From Candidatus Micrarchaeota archaeon (lineage in GTDB: Archaea > Micrarchaeota > Micrarchaeia > Anstonellales > Anstonellaceae), in the NCBI GenBank assembly GCA_026413765.1, contig JAOAKI010000004.1:97513-161512 (forward strand): 64,000 bases of DNA. Reading direction: 5' to 3'. The notes beneath the pieces were generated by a model. That model saw only the letters and a program-made list of their open reading frames with translations, did not search any database and was not told where the DNA came from. The position numbers and the translations under genes were made by a program. Position 1 is the first letter of the stretch. Each line of letters starts with the position of its first letter. Below are positions 46,802 to 55,841 of this stretch, piece by piece.

Positions 46802-48159
46802 GTTGCATGACTTCTGAAGATATTTTTGATTATTGAAGCAGATGTTTGATGGTCAACGATAGGCGGGGGATAGTCGCGAGGGCGCATTTTTTGGTTTCTA
46901 TAAAGTTCATGGATTGCTAAAGGAGGCAAATCAGAAAGCTCAGGAACCCATTTTTTTATGTACGCGCAATCCGGGTCGAATTTTTTTTGCTGCAGCCAAG
47001 GGTTAAAAACACGAAAATATGGCTGCGAATCGCATCCTGTTGAAGCAACCCACTGCCAATTTCCATTATTGACTGCCGGGTCATAGTCAACAAGCTTTGT
47101 GGCAAAATATCTTTCACCTTCTCTCCAGTCAATATGCAGATCCTTGACCAAAAAAGAGGCAGTGATCATCCTTACCCTGTTGTGCATAAACCCAGTTTTG
47201 TTCAATTCCCTCATGCCTGCATCAACAATAGGCACGCCAGTTTTGCCTTCCTTCCATGCATTGAAATGCTGACTTTTTGTTTTCCATTTGATGCCGGCAT
47301 ACTTTAGCCGAAAAGGCTTCCCAAAAACGTGCGGATAATGAAAGCCTATGTATGTGAAGAAATCGCGCCAATATAGCTGGCGCACAAGTTCGTGTCTGAA
47401 CCCAAACAACTTCACAATCGCATAGTAGCTTTCTCTTATTGAAATTGTTCCAAATTTATGATGCGCTGAAAGTCCGGTCGTGGCAGATAAAGCAGGGTAG
47501 TCTCTTGCATCTTTGTAATTGGCAAGCTGTGGTAGGTTTGCAATTATCTTTTTGGCATTTTTTCGCCCTCCATGGCAAAAGATATCTGGATTGCCGGCAA
47601 ATTTTGGAATAGACTGCTCAAAGTCCAATGGTTGCGAGTAATAATTGCGCAATCTATTTTTTTCAGGAGGCCTGACAGGAAATTGGAGTGCTTTTCTGTA
47701 GAACTGTGAAAAAACCGTCAATGGAGCGCCACTGTTGCTTATTAGCAACTCTGGCTCGGTTAGAAGATAATCGGAAAAATGTCTCACTGCAACGCGCATT
47801 TTTGAGCACGCCCAAGCTATCTCTTTGTCTCTATTGATTGAGAAGGGAGTGTAATCCCTATTGATAAAAACCGCATCCGCGCCTATCCTGGCAGCTATTT
47901 TAGGGATTATGATGTGCGGCAGACCTATGAAAATATGAAGCCTGGAACCTTTCGCTTTCAATTCGTTGTTAAGCTCCTCTAATGATTCGCACATGAACTG
48001 GAATGCGTTTGGAGAAAAATACTTTCCGCTCGTTTGTCTGGGGTCAAATATAAAACAAGGAAAGACTTTTTCTGAGCTTTTTAATGCAGCAATCAGCCCA
48101 GTATTGTCATCCAGCCTCAGGTCTCTCCTGAAGACAAAAATGGAACAGCGGTAATCCAT
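46798..48159 (-). CDS. phr: Deoxyribodipyrimidine photolyase / cryptochrome family protein
   Basis: N-terminal photolyase alpha/beta domain (FVFRRDLRLDDNTGL) and the FAD-binding domain (WREFF, NGNWQW, DPDC). Confidence 0.9.
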   Translation of the reverse strand: MDYRCSIFVFRRDLRLDDNTGLIAALKSSEKVFPCFIFDPRQTSGKYFSPNAFQFMCESLEELNNELKAKGSRLHIFIGLPHIIIPKIAARIGADAVFINRDYTPFSINRDKEIAWACSKMRVAVRHFSDYLLTEPELLISNSGAPLTVFSQFYRKALQFPVRPPEKNRLRNYYSQPLDFEQSIPKFAGNPDIFCHGGRKNAKKIIANLPQLANYKDARDYPALSATTGLSAHHKFGTISIRESYYAIVKLFGFRHELVRQLYWRDFFTYIGFHYPHVFGKPFRLKYAGIKWKTKSQHFNAWKEGKTGVPIVDAGMRELNKTGFMHNRVRMITASFLVKDLHIDWREGERYFATKLVDYDPAVNNGNWQWVASTGCDSQPYFRVFNPWLQQKKFDPDCAYIKKWVPELSDLPPLAIHELYRNQKMRPRDYPPPIVDHQTSASIIKNIFRSHAT

Positions 48160-48237
48160 GATTTAGATTTGATTCAAACCTTTAAGTGCTTTTCTTGAAA
48201 TGACATCTATTTTTAAATTCAAAAGCAAAATGAAGTC

Positions 48238-48996
48238 ATGCACGTCTTAAAGATTGGCGGCAGCGTCATCACGAAAAAAAGCAAATGGAAAAAGGCGGAC
48301 TTAAAAGCAATGAAAAAAATTGCAGCTGCATTAAAAGATGCGGTGGCAGCAAGCCGGCCTGAGCTTGTTATTGTTCATGGAGCAGGATCATTTGGGCACA
48401 TGTTAGTAAAAAAATATGGTCTTCAAGGAAAGATAGACACTAAAAAGAAGAAGCAAGCATGCAAAAAGGTCCAAGACTCGTGCAGAATGCTTTCTGAAAT
48501 TTTTTGCAAATACCTCAAAAAAGCCGGCATAAAATGCAAAATGATGGTTCCGCACAAAATAATTGTTGCCGAAAACAGGAAGATAGCAAAATTTGACAAT
48601 AAAAAAATTCAAAAAACAATTGCCAATGGCGAAATACCTGTTTTGTACGGAGACATGGTTCCAGACAGGAAGCTTGGATTTTCTGTTTGTTCAGGAGACC
48701 AGATTGTTGCATGGTTGGGGAAAAAGTCAGAATTGGTCGTTTTCGGGACCGATGTCGATGGAGTAATTGCAGGCGGCAGGCTAGTAGACAGAATAACAAA
48801 AGAAAATTATTCGAAGATTTTGCCTTTTCTTGAAAAGCCAGACAAGCCCGATGTCACAGGAGGAATGAAAAGAAAAATAGATGAAATCAAAGCCATCATG
48901 GGCAAAGCGTATATTGTTAATGCAAGATATCCAAACCGCATCAAAAACATACTGTTGGGAAAGAAAGCAAAATGCACGATTATAGATTTCAGTTGA
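48238..48996 (+). CDS. ipk: Isopentenyl phosphate kinase (amino-acid-kinase fold; archaeal mevalonate pathway)
   Basis: KIGGSVIT and HGAGSFGH motifs, with the overall length of IPK. Confidence 0.82.
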   Translation: MHVLKIGGSVITKKSKWKKADLKAMKKIAAALKDAVAASRPELVIVHGAGSFGHMLVKKYGLQGKIDTKKKKQACKKVQDSCRMLSEIFCKYLKKAGIKCKMMVPHKIIVAENRKIAKFDNKKIQKTIANGEIPVLYGDMVPDRKLGFSVCSGDQIVAWLGKKSELVVFGTDVDGVIAGGRLVDRITKENYSKILPFLEKPDKPDVTGGMKRKIDEIKAIMGKAYIVNARYPNRIKNILLGKKAKCTIIDFS

Positions 48997-49018
48997 ACAT
49001 GATTTTGAAGTGGTCTTC

Positions 49019-49333
49019 ATGCGCGGCTGGATCTTTGTTTATGTCACTTACCCGACAAAAAATAGCGCTGAAAAGGATGCGCGCCGTTTGCTGCAAAAAA
49101 GATTAGCAGCTTGCGCAAACATTTTTGGCCCAACAGTCTCGATTTATAGATGGAAAGGAAAAATTGTAAAGCAAAAGGAATACATAATGATTTTGAAAAC
49201 CTCTTTGTCTGGTTATGGCAAAATCAAAAGGGCAATTGAAAAAATGCACCCATACGACACTCCGTGCATAGCCAAGCTTTCTGTGCAATTCAACAAAAAA
49301 TTCATGGTGTGGCTAAAAAACGAGTTGGCGTGA
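49019..49333 (+). CDS. cutA: Divalent-cation tolerance protein CutA
   Basis: CutA1 pattern (VYVTYP, KRLAACAN, SIYRWKGKI, HPYDTP). The track start is a GTG at 49010. The ATG is at 49019. Confidence 0.82.
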   Translation: MRGWIFVYVTYPTKNSAEKDARRLLQKRLAACANIFGPTVSIYRWKGKIVKQKEYIMILKTSLSGYGKIKRAIEKMHPYDTPCIAKLSVQFNKKFMVWLKNELA

Positions 49334-50506
49334 CTAAGAATGCGTTTCCATGAATCTTTCTATTTTTGCTAGTGCTTCGTGAAGCTCCTCTGGCTGCGCC
49401 AAGTAGACGAGCCTGAAAAACTTGCCTGGCAACACCGGAGAAAATGCACTCCCAGGAACAACAAGGACGCCGGTTTGCTCCAAAAGCGCATAGACGAATT
49501 CTCGGTCGTCTCTAAATTTTGAGGATTCAATTTGAGGAAATGAGTAAAATGCCGCATTGGGCTTTGCGCAACTAATATTTTTAATGCTGTTCAACCCCTT
49601 GAAGACAATGTCGCGCCTTTTCTTGAGTTCTTTCTTCAGTTCGGATAGATGGGAAAGCGGCATTGTGAATGCGGCAAGCGCGCCGCGCTGCATTTCCCAA
49701 TTGACTGAAAGCCGCTGGTTGCAAAGCTTCACAAGCGCATCGCGGAGTGGCTCCATGCCCTCACCATGAAGGGCAAGGTATCCAACTCTTGCGCCAGGAT
49801 AGACGAAGTTTTTTGAAAGGCCATTGCCGGAAATAAGCGGGTGGTCTTTTGTGAGAGTCCTAAGGTTTATTGCTTGGTCTTCTTCCAAAGTTAATTTGTC
49901 GTAAATTTCATCAGCAATAATTGGGATGTTTGCCTCGATTGCTATCTCCACTATTTCTTGCAAGACTTTTTTCGGGTATACTGCGCCAGTTGGGTTATTT
50001 GGATTGATAACGACTATCGCTTTTGTTTTTTTATTTATTTTTTTTCGGATGTCTTCTGTGTCAGGAATGAAGTTTTGGTCTGTTTTGTAGAAATTGTCAA
50101 CGCCATCAAATACCCGCAGTTTCGTATTATAGAGGGGATAGCTTGGGCTTGGCAAAAGCACATTTTCGCCTGGATTCACAAGGGCCTGAAAAAGAAAATC
50201 AATTCCTTCTGAAAGGCCATTATGGATAGTAACAAAACTTGGGTCAACGCCTTCCAGCTTGGCAATTGCTTCCCTTAATTGCGGGTCGCCTTCAGATGGG
50301 CAGTAGGCAGTATATTTAGGGTCTTTCAAGGCATCCATTACCGCTTGGGTTATATGCTGAGGCGGTTTGAAGCCAAACTGATTCGGATCGCCAATGTTGA
50401 ACCAGTGCACTTTTTTTCCTGTGGATGCGACTTTCCTGGCCCGCGCAACTATATCGCGAATCTCGTATGATATGGAGGCTACCCTTTTTGCTAGCTTGAC
50501 TGCCAT
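49334..50506 (-). CDS. Class I/II pyridoxal-phosphate-dependent aminotransferase (aspartate/aromatic aminotransferase family)
   Basis: NPNNPTGAVY, SKNF with the PLP-Lys region, and an R near the C-terminus. 390 aa. Confidence 0.88.
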   Translation of the reverse strand: MAVKLAKRVASISYEIRDIVARARKVASTGKKVHWFNIGDPNQFGFKPPQHITQAVMDALKDPKYTAYCPSEGDPQLREAIAKLEGVDPSFVTIHNGLSEGIDFLFQALVNPGENVLLPSPSYPLYNTKLRVFDGVDNFYKTDQNFIPDTEDIRKKINKKTKAIVVINPNNPTGAVYPKKVLQEIVEIAIEANIPIIADEIYDKLTLEEDQAINLRTLTKDHPLISGNGLSKNFVYPGARVGYLALHGEGMEPLRDALVKLCNQRLSVNWEMQRGALAAFTMPLSHLSELKKELKKRRDIVFKGLNSIKNISCAKPNAAFYSFPQIESSKFRDDREFVYALLEQTGVLVVPGSAFSPVLPGKFFRLVYLAQPEELHEALAKIERFMETHS

Positions 50507-50562
50507 GATGATGATATGCCCAAAAGATATAAAAATAAGATTTGCGCAAGCGTGATTGGCTT

Positions 50563-51345
50563 TTATACAAGCGCTTCTAGCCCTTTTTTGACCGGCTTTC
50601 CATCTTTGATATAAGCCAAGGATTCATCAAGATCGCATTTGACTTTATATTTCTGGAAGAATTTGACAAGATTGCTTACATCACGGTTGAGGAACTCTTC
50701 TGAGCGAGGGTGCGCAAGCATCACTGCTTGGGCACAATCCAAAATTTTTAGCCCTCCGTCGGTGACAACGATATTGTATTGCGAAATGTCGGAATGGACA
50801 AATCCCAATTGATAGATTTTTTTGATTTCGTCAAGAAGAAAGTTAAAATCGTCTTGTGGCCTGGCTGTGCCTACCTGCTCCAGCGTTGGAAAAGGCAGCC
50901 CGCCTTTTCCCAAAAATTCCATGACAACGATGTTGCGATTGAATGCAATTGGCTGCGGAACAGCAACGCCATTCCAATAGAACTCCTTGAGATTTGAGAA
51001 TTCTTTTTTTGTCCATGCAAGCACCACATCAAATCTGTTCTTTTTAACGTGCAAAAAACGCGGATCTCCGTGGAGATATTCGTGCATCCGAATGAAATTT
51101 GAGGTATCTATCCTGTAGATTTTGACTGCAACATTGTTTCCTTCTTCGGTGGTGGCGCAATATATGTTTGCTTCTTTTCCTTTCGCAATTGGAAAATCCA
51201 ATGTAGAAAAATGGCCTGCTTGCATTAATTTATTCAATGCAAGGAGGGTATTTCGGTCAAATACACCGTCCTCTAGCTTATTTTCTGCTTTAAGCGCTTT
51301 CTCTTCGCGCGGAGGCCGCTTGCGCTTGCTCAAAAGCTGTGCCAT
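50563..51345 (-). CDS. rio1: RIO-type serine/threonine protein kinase (Rio1-like)
   Basis: N-terminal wH, ATP-binding GKEANIY...VAVKIYR, catalytic HSDISQYN and metal-binding D. Confidence 0.9.
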   Translation of the reverse strand: MAQLLSKRKRPPREEKALKAENKLEDGVFDRNTLLALNKLMQAGHFSTLDFPIAKGKEANIYCATTEEGNNVAVKIYRIDTSNFIRMHEYLHGDPRFLHVKKNRFDVVLAWTKKEFSNLKEFYWNGVAVPQPIAFNRNIVVMEFLGKGGLPFPTLEQVGTARPQDDFNFLLDEIKKIYQLGFVHSDISQYNIVVTDGGLKILDCAQAVMLAHPRSEEFLNRDVSNLVKFFQKYKVKCDLDESLAYIKDGKPVKKGLEALV

Positions 51346-51368
51346 AAAAAAATTGGAGAAATGATTAT

Positions 51369-51671
51369 TTATTTAATGTATCCGTGCTTTCTTAAGTATT
51401 CGGCCTGGAATTTGTTGTATCTCCATACAATGTCGCCTTTTTTTTCGCCGCCAACCTCCCAAGGCACGACAATAACGACGTCACCTTCCCGGACCCAAAT
51501 ATTTCTTCTAATTTTTCCAGGTATTCTGCACAGCCTTTCTTTTCCATCTTTGCAAGCGACCATCAATCTGCCGCCTCCCACTAGCCCTACGACAAGCCCA
51601 AGAATCTCGCCTTGCTTTGGCAGCCTAATTGGCGCTTCTTCTTCCTGTTCATTCAAATTAGTTTCACCCAT
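51369..51671 (-). CDS. eif1a: Translation initiation factor 1A (aIF-1A)
   Basis: S1-like OB domain (GLVVGLVGGGRLMVACKDGKERLCRIPGKIRRNIWVREGDVVIV). The internal ATG at 51671 is preferred over the track start at 51716. Confidence 0.9.
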   Translation of the reverse strand: MGETNLNEQEEEAPIRLPKQGEILGLVVGLVGGGRLMVACKDGKERLCRIPGKIRRNIWVREGDVVIVVPWEVGGEKKGDIVWRYNKFQAEYLRKHGYIK

Positions 51672-51685
51672 AGGAAAGCACCCAC

Positions 51686-52090
51686 CTAAATTTTGAGTGG
51701 CGAACGAGCGCCACAAGCCTCACAAATCAGCATTTTTACACTACCGACATCCGAAATGCGGGTGTCGGGTCTCCTGCATTCCTTGCAAATGACTGCCATA
51801 TCGACAAAAGTCTGAAGCTTTTCTTTCAGATTCCTATCCGAAATCTTCCCATTGAGGACCAGCTTGTTTCCATCAATCGATGCAGGGACCGCAAGCTCTT
51901 TGGAGAAATATTTTGACAGCAACTGGGCAGGCCTGCGAACCTTCTGCACAATTGCGTCAAAATTCCTGATTATTGTTTTATTCCCCTGATAAAACATTTC
52001 AATCTGTGGAAGCTCAAATCTCTCAAATTTTTGCGTCTTTTCAGGCAGAGAGCTTAATGCCCTATCCAATAATTCTTCATAACGGTCCAT
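51686..52090 (-). CDS. eif2b: Translation initiation factor 2 beta subunit (aIF-2 beta)
   Basis: C-terminal zinc ribbon CKECRRPDT...CEACGA and the aIF2-beta core. Confidence 0.85.
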   Translation of the reverse strand: MDRYEELLDRALSSLPEKTQKFERFELPQIEMFYQGNKTIIRNFDAIVQKVRRPAQLLSKYFSKELAVPASIDGNKLVLNGKISDRNLKEKLQTFVDMAVICKECRRPDTRISDVGSVKMLICEACGARSPLKI

Positions 52091-52133
52091 TCATACACCT
52101 TGTATAATTTGAGAAGAAAGCTTTAATAGGCAA

Positions 52134-52421
52134 ATGGGGCACATATTCGACATGCCGATAAAAATTACAAAAGACACCCCTATAGGCGAATTGGTATTAA
52201 ATTACCCAGAAACGGTGGATGTTCTGCTTGAATATGGATTCCATTGCATTGGCTGTGGGCTTTCGGCATATGAAACAATTGAGCAAGGAGCGGCAGTCCA
52301 TGGCCTGAATGAAAATGAAATACAGCAGCTTGTCAGGAAGCTGCGGGCGGTTGCGAAAAAATCGATCAAAAGCCAGCAAGGCGAACAAGAAAAAGCAGCA
52401 GCAGTCCACCCAGACAAATAG
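52134..52421 (+). CDS. DUF1858-like small redox/metal-binding domain protein
   Basis: YGFHCIGCG motif. About 95 aa. Its low-complexity tail overlaps the 3' end of the convergent presenilin gene by 56 nt. Confidence 0.45.
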   Translation: MGHIFDMPIKITKDTPIGELVLNYPETVDVLLEYGFHCIGCGLSAYETIEQGAAVHGLNENEIQQLVRKLRAVAKKSIKSQQGEQEKAAAVHPDK

Positions 52422-53262
52422 GTGGCAGAGCAGGAAGTATTATTTTCATTCTTGAAACAACAACAAGAAGAAGAAAAACAGAAAAAGTAGCCCCAAATGC
52501 GACTGCGAAAGCGTAGGCAAATGGATTTGGGCCCAAAGTCATAGCAGAGACGCTAAGCATTGTTGGGACGGACAAGTCGCCAGTGCCAAGGTCTATCCGC
52601 TCTGCTTCTTCTTTTGCCCTTGAAATAAATGATTGAAGCTTTTCATTTTTTTTTCTTTTTGGGATTGATGTTGCTGTCACCGAAAATGAAAGGTCGCGGC
52701 TTGTCAGCTCTTTTGCCATTGAAAGCATGTGTTTTGTGCGAAAGACCGCTATATAGTCGTATAAAGAAAGAAGCACAACAAGCAACAAAATTGGGACAAA
52801 CCCAAGTGAAAAGCCAAACAACGCGCCTACTCCTGCGCTAGATATGATGGCAGCTGCATTCTGGAAGCCAGAATGCAAAAACTTAAGCAGGCCAAGCATT
52901 GCTCCTAAAATCGAACCAAAAATGATGGCATCCCAGAAGGCAAGCCCAAATGACAAAAAGAGAGCAAAAAATACAATCCCGGACGCAACCGAAATAACTG
53001 ACAGCTCCAAAAGTTTGAAAAGCAAAAAGCCTTTGTAGAATCGGCTCAGCAGGAGAATGAACACCGCGCCAAGAAGGATATAGGCAAGAAAAACAAATGC
53101 ATTAAGAGGGCTGTTCGGGTCTGGAATGAGTTCTTTTGGAGCAACAGAAAGCTCATTGATTTCAGAATATATTTCTGATTTGGAGAGCAAGACAAAGCCT
53201 GTAAAAATCCCAAATAGCTGCGTCAGAACGAAAAATACCAATATAAAGAAAAGAGGTCTCAT
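52366..53262 (-). CDS. Presenilin / signal-peptide-peptidase family intramembrane aspartyl protease homolog (archaeal PSH-like)
   Basis: Nine-TM protein with the YD motif (LSLYDYIAVF), GxGD motif (LGTGDLSV) and PAL motif (ILPALPP) in canonical order. Confidence 0.82.
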   Translation of the reverse strand: MRPLFFILVFFVLTQLFGIFTGFVLLSKSEIYSEINELSVAPKELIPDPNSPLNAFVFLAYILLGAVFILLLSRFYKGFLLFKLLELSVISVASGIVFFALFLSFGLAFWDAIIFGSILGAMLGLLKFLHSGFQNAAAIISSAGVGALFGFSLGFVPILLLVVLLSLYDYIAVFRTKHMLSMAKELTSRDLSFSVTATSIPKRKKNEKLQSFISRAKEEAERIDLGTGDLSVPTMLSVSAMTLGPNPFAYAFAVAFGATFSVFLLLVVVSRMKIILPALPPICLGGLLLLFLVRLAGF

Positions 53263-53266
53263 GACA

Positions 53267-53719
53267 TCACTTCTTTTTCTTTAAGCTTTTAAGCACAGTC
53301 TCGAAAGACTCTATATCACTGAACGAAAGATAGACTGAAGCAAATCTGACGTATGCGACTTTGTCTATTTTTTTCAGGTAATCCATGACAAGCTCGCCTA
53401 TTCTGCTGCTTTTGACTTCTAGCGAATTTTCCTTTCTTATCCTGCTTTCAATTTTGTCTGCAATCTCATTGATTTTATCAAGTGGGACTGGCCTTTTTTC
53501 GCACGCCTTTTGTATGCCGGTAATTAATTTGTGCCTGTCGAATTTCTCCCTTCTGCCGTCTTTCTTGATCACAAAAATGTCCTCTTTTTCGATTTCTTCA
53601 TAGGTAGTGAAACGTCTCCCACATTTTAGGCATTCGCGCCTTCTCCTTATTTTGAAATCTCCCGTATCTCTACTGTCAACCACTTCTGTATCAGACTGGT
53701 AGCAATATGGGCATTTCAT
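53267..53719 (-). CDS. nrdR: Transcriptional repressor NrdR (zinc ribbon plus ATP-cone)
   Basis: MKCPYCYQSDTEVVDSRDTGDFKIRRRRECLKCGRRFTTYE is the canonical NrdR N-terminus. An ATP-cone follows. The track ORF has a 44-aa 5' extension. The ATG is at 53719. Confidence 0.88.
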   Translation of the reverse strand: MKCPYCYQSDTEVVDSRDTGDFKIRRRRECLKCGRRFTTYEEIEKEDIFVIKKDGRREKFDRHKLITGIQKACEKRPVPLDKINEIADKIESRIRKENSLEVKSSRIGELVMDYLKKIDKVAYVRFASVYLSFSDIESFETVLKSLKKKK

Positions 53720-53770
53720 AACACACAAACAGCTAATATGAATAAAAAGCCTCCCACAAAAATAGCAAGC

Positions 53771-54682
53771 ATGACTTATGACATGATCATTATTGGCACT
53801 GGCGTTGCCGGGCTTGCAGGGGCAATGTATGCTGGCAGAATGAACATGCAAGTCCTTGCAATCGGAGAAATGAGGGGAGGAACGATAACCACCACGAACA
53901 TTGTTGAAAATTACCCCGGCTTCATTTCAATAAGCGGCATAGAGCTTGCAGAAAAACTTGAGCAGCATGCAAGATATTACCCATCAGTCCAGATAAAGGA
54001 TGAAAAAGTGCTTGAGATAAAGAAGGATGGTAAGCTTTTCCATGTGAAAACTGACGCAGGCTCATACACAGCAAAAACAATACTCTATGCGGCCGGCACA
54101 GTGTGGAAAAAATTGGGTGTGCCGGGGGAGGAAAGGTTCGCAAACAAGGGAGTCCATTATTGCGCATTGTGCGACGCCGCATTCTACAAGGAGAAAGTAG
54201 TCGCAGTAGTCGGCGGCGGAGATACAGCTGCCAAGGATGCACTCGTGCTTTCAGAATGGGCAAAAAAAGTCTACATAATCTATAGGGGAGAAAAAATCCA
54301 CCCAGAACCTATCAATTACGAAAGGGTGATTGCAAACAAGAAAATAGAGATAATAAACAAAACAAATGTTCTTGAGATAAAAGGGAATGGAAAGGTCACT
54401 TCGGTTGTTGTGGATAAGCCATACAACAACTCAAATGAGATTCAGCTTGATGCTGTGTTTATTGCAATCGGGCACGAGCCGATTACAGATTTGGCAAAAA
54501 AGGTCGGTGTGCAGCTAGACGAGAAAGGCTATATAAAGATAAACAGGAATTGCGAGACAAACGTTGAGGGATTCTTTGCGGCAGGCGATGTTACTGACAC
54601 GAGATTCAAGCAAGCCATTGTAGGAGTTGCTGAAGCTGTCCAAGCGGTTTATTCTGCCTACCTTTATCTTGGAAAGGTTTAG
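53771..54682 (+). CDS. trxB: Thioredoxin-disulfide reductase
   Basis: FAD-binding GTGVAGLAGA, redox-active CALCD and NAD(P)-binding GGGDTAAKDA. An alternative ATG is at 53738. Confidence 0.9.
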   Translation: MTYDMIIIGTGVAGLAGAMYAGRMNMQVLAIGEMRGGTITTTNIVENYPGFISISGIELAEKLEQHARYYPSVQIKDEKVLEIKKDGKLFHVKTDAGSYTAKTILYAAGTVWKKLGVPGEERFANKGVHYCALCDAAFYKEKVVAVVGGGDTAAKDALVLSEWAKKVYIIYRGEKIHPEPINYERVIANKKIEIINKTNVLEIKGNGKVTSVVVDKPYNNSNEIQLDAVFIAIGHEPITDLAKKVGVQLDEKGYIKINRNCETNVEGFFAAGDVTDTRFKQAIVGVAEAVQAVYSAYLYLGKV

Positions 54683-55581
54683 AGAGTCACTTTCAGCTGC
54701 AGCTCTTTTTTAAGCTCACGATATCTGTTTCTTATTGTCACTTCTGTGACTCCAGCGACGTCGGCAACCTCTTTTTGCGTCCTTCTTTCTCCGTACATCG
54801 CGCTAGCTATATAGACTGCTGCTGCCGCAACTCCAGTTGGGCCCCTCCCAGAGATCAAGCCCTTTCCAACCGCCTTTTTGAGGAGGGCGATTGCTTTTTC
54901 TTGCACATGCCCGGAAAGTTTCAATGCGGCGGTAAATTTTGGGACATAATGTGCAGGATCGGTCAGCGGCACATCAATATTCAGCTCTCGCCTAATAAAG
55001 CGATACGCTCTTCCGATCTCCTTTTTTTCAATCCCAGAGACTCGTGAAATCTCATCCAGTGTCCTAGGAATGCCTTGCATCCTGCAGGTGGCGTAAATGA
55101 CTGCAGAAACAACCGATTCGATAAGCCGTCCCCTTATAAGCTCTGCTTTTATGCATTTTCTGTAAAGAAGCGCTGCAGACTCACGGATAGAGTCTGGCAA
55201 TCCAAGGTAGGATGCAATCCTGTCAAGCTCGGAAAGCGCGATAGCCAAGTTCCTCTCCATAGAGCTTGCAATAGAAGCTCGCTTGTGCCATTTTCTCATC
55301 CGATAAAGCTGGGCCTGCTTTTTTGGTGAAATTTTTGCGCCCCTAATGTCGCGGTTGTATTGGTCAATTTCGGTGACAAGGCCTTTGTTGGGCCGCATAT
55401 ATTTGATCGGAGCCCCGCCTCTTGCCCGTTTTTCTCTCTGTTCTGCGTCGAATGCCCTCCACTCAGGGCGAGCATCTTCTAGATTCTCGGCGACAATCAA
55501 GCCGCAATTAGTGCACATCACTTCTCCTCTTTCATAATCGCGGGTGAGGCGTTTATTTCCGCACTCGGGACATTTATCCAT
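54679..55581 (-). CDS. tfb: Transcription initiation factor IIB (TFB)
   Basis: N-terminal Zn ribbon CPECGN...CTNCG, B-reader/linker and two cyclin-fold repeats. Confidence 0.95.
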   Translation of the reverse strand: MDKCPECGNKRLTRDYERGEVMCTNCGLIVAENLEDARPEWRAFDAEQREKRARGGAPIKYMRPNKGLVTEIDQYNRDIRGAKISPKKQAQLYRMRKWHKRASIASSMERNLAIALSELDRIASYLGLPDSIRESAALLYRKCIKAELIRGRLIESVVSAVIYATCRMQGIPRTLDEISRVSGIEKKEIGRAYRFIRRELNIDVPLTDPAHYVPKFTAALKLSGHVQEKAIALLKKAVGKGLISGRGPTGVAAAAVYIASAMYGERRTQKEVADVAGVTEVTIRNRYRELKKELQLKVTL

Positions 55582-55841
55582 AAATCCACCTCGAAGAAGA
55601 TACGCCGCTAAAGATTAAGTTTTAAAATGTTAGCAAGGCGGCATGTCGTTTATGCACCTAAATATTTATAAAGTTTTGCAAATGGCTTTTTTCAAGCTAA
55701 CGCGCCTGCTACCTTGTCAGAAAATACACTATCGTAATTATCAGTGCGATCACCACTACAGTGAAAATCAACAGGTCAGACATGGCAAAGAACTGGTTTT
55801 TAGTTTTTTTAATCCTTTGGGGCAAAAAACAATAGGTTGAG

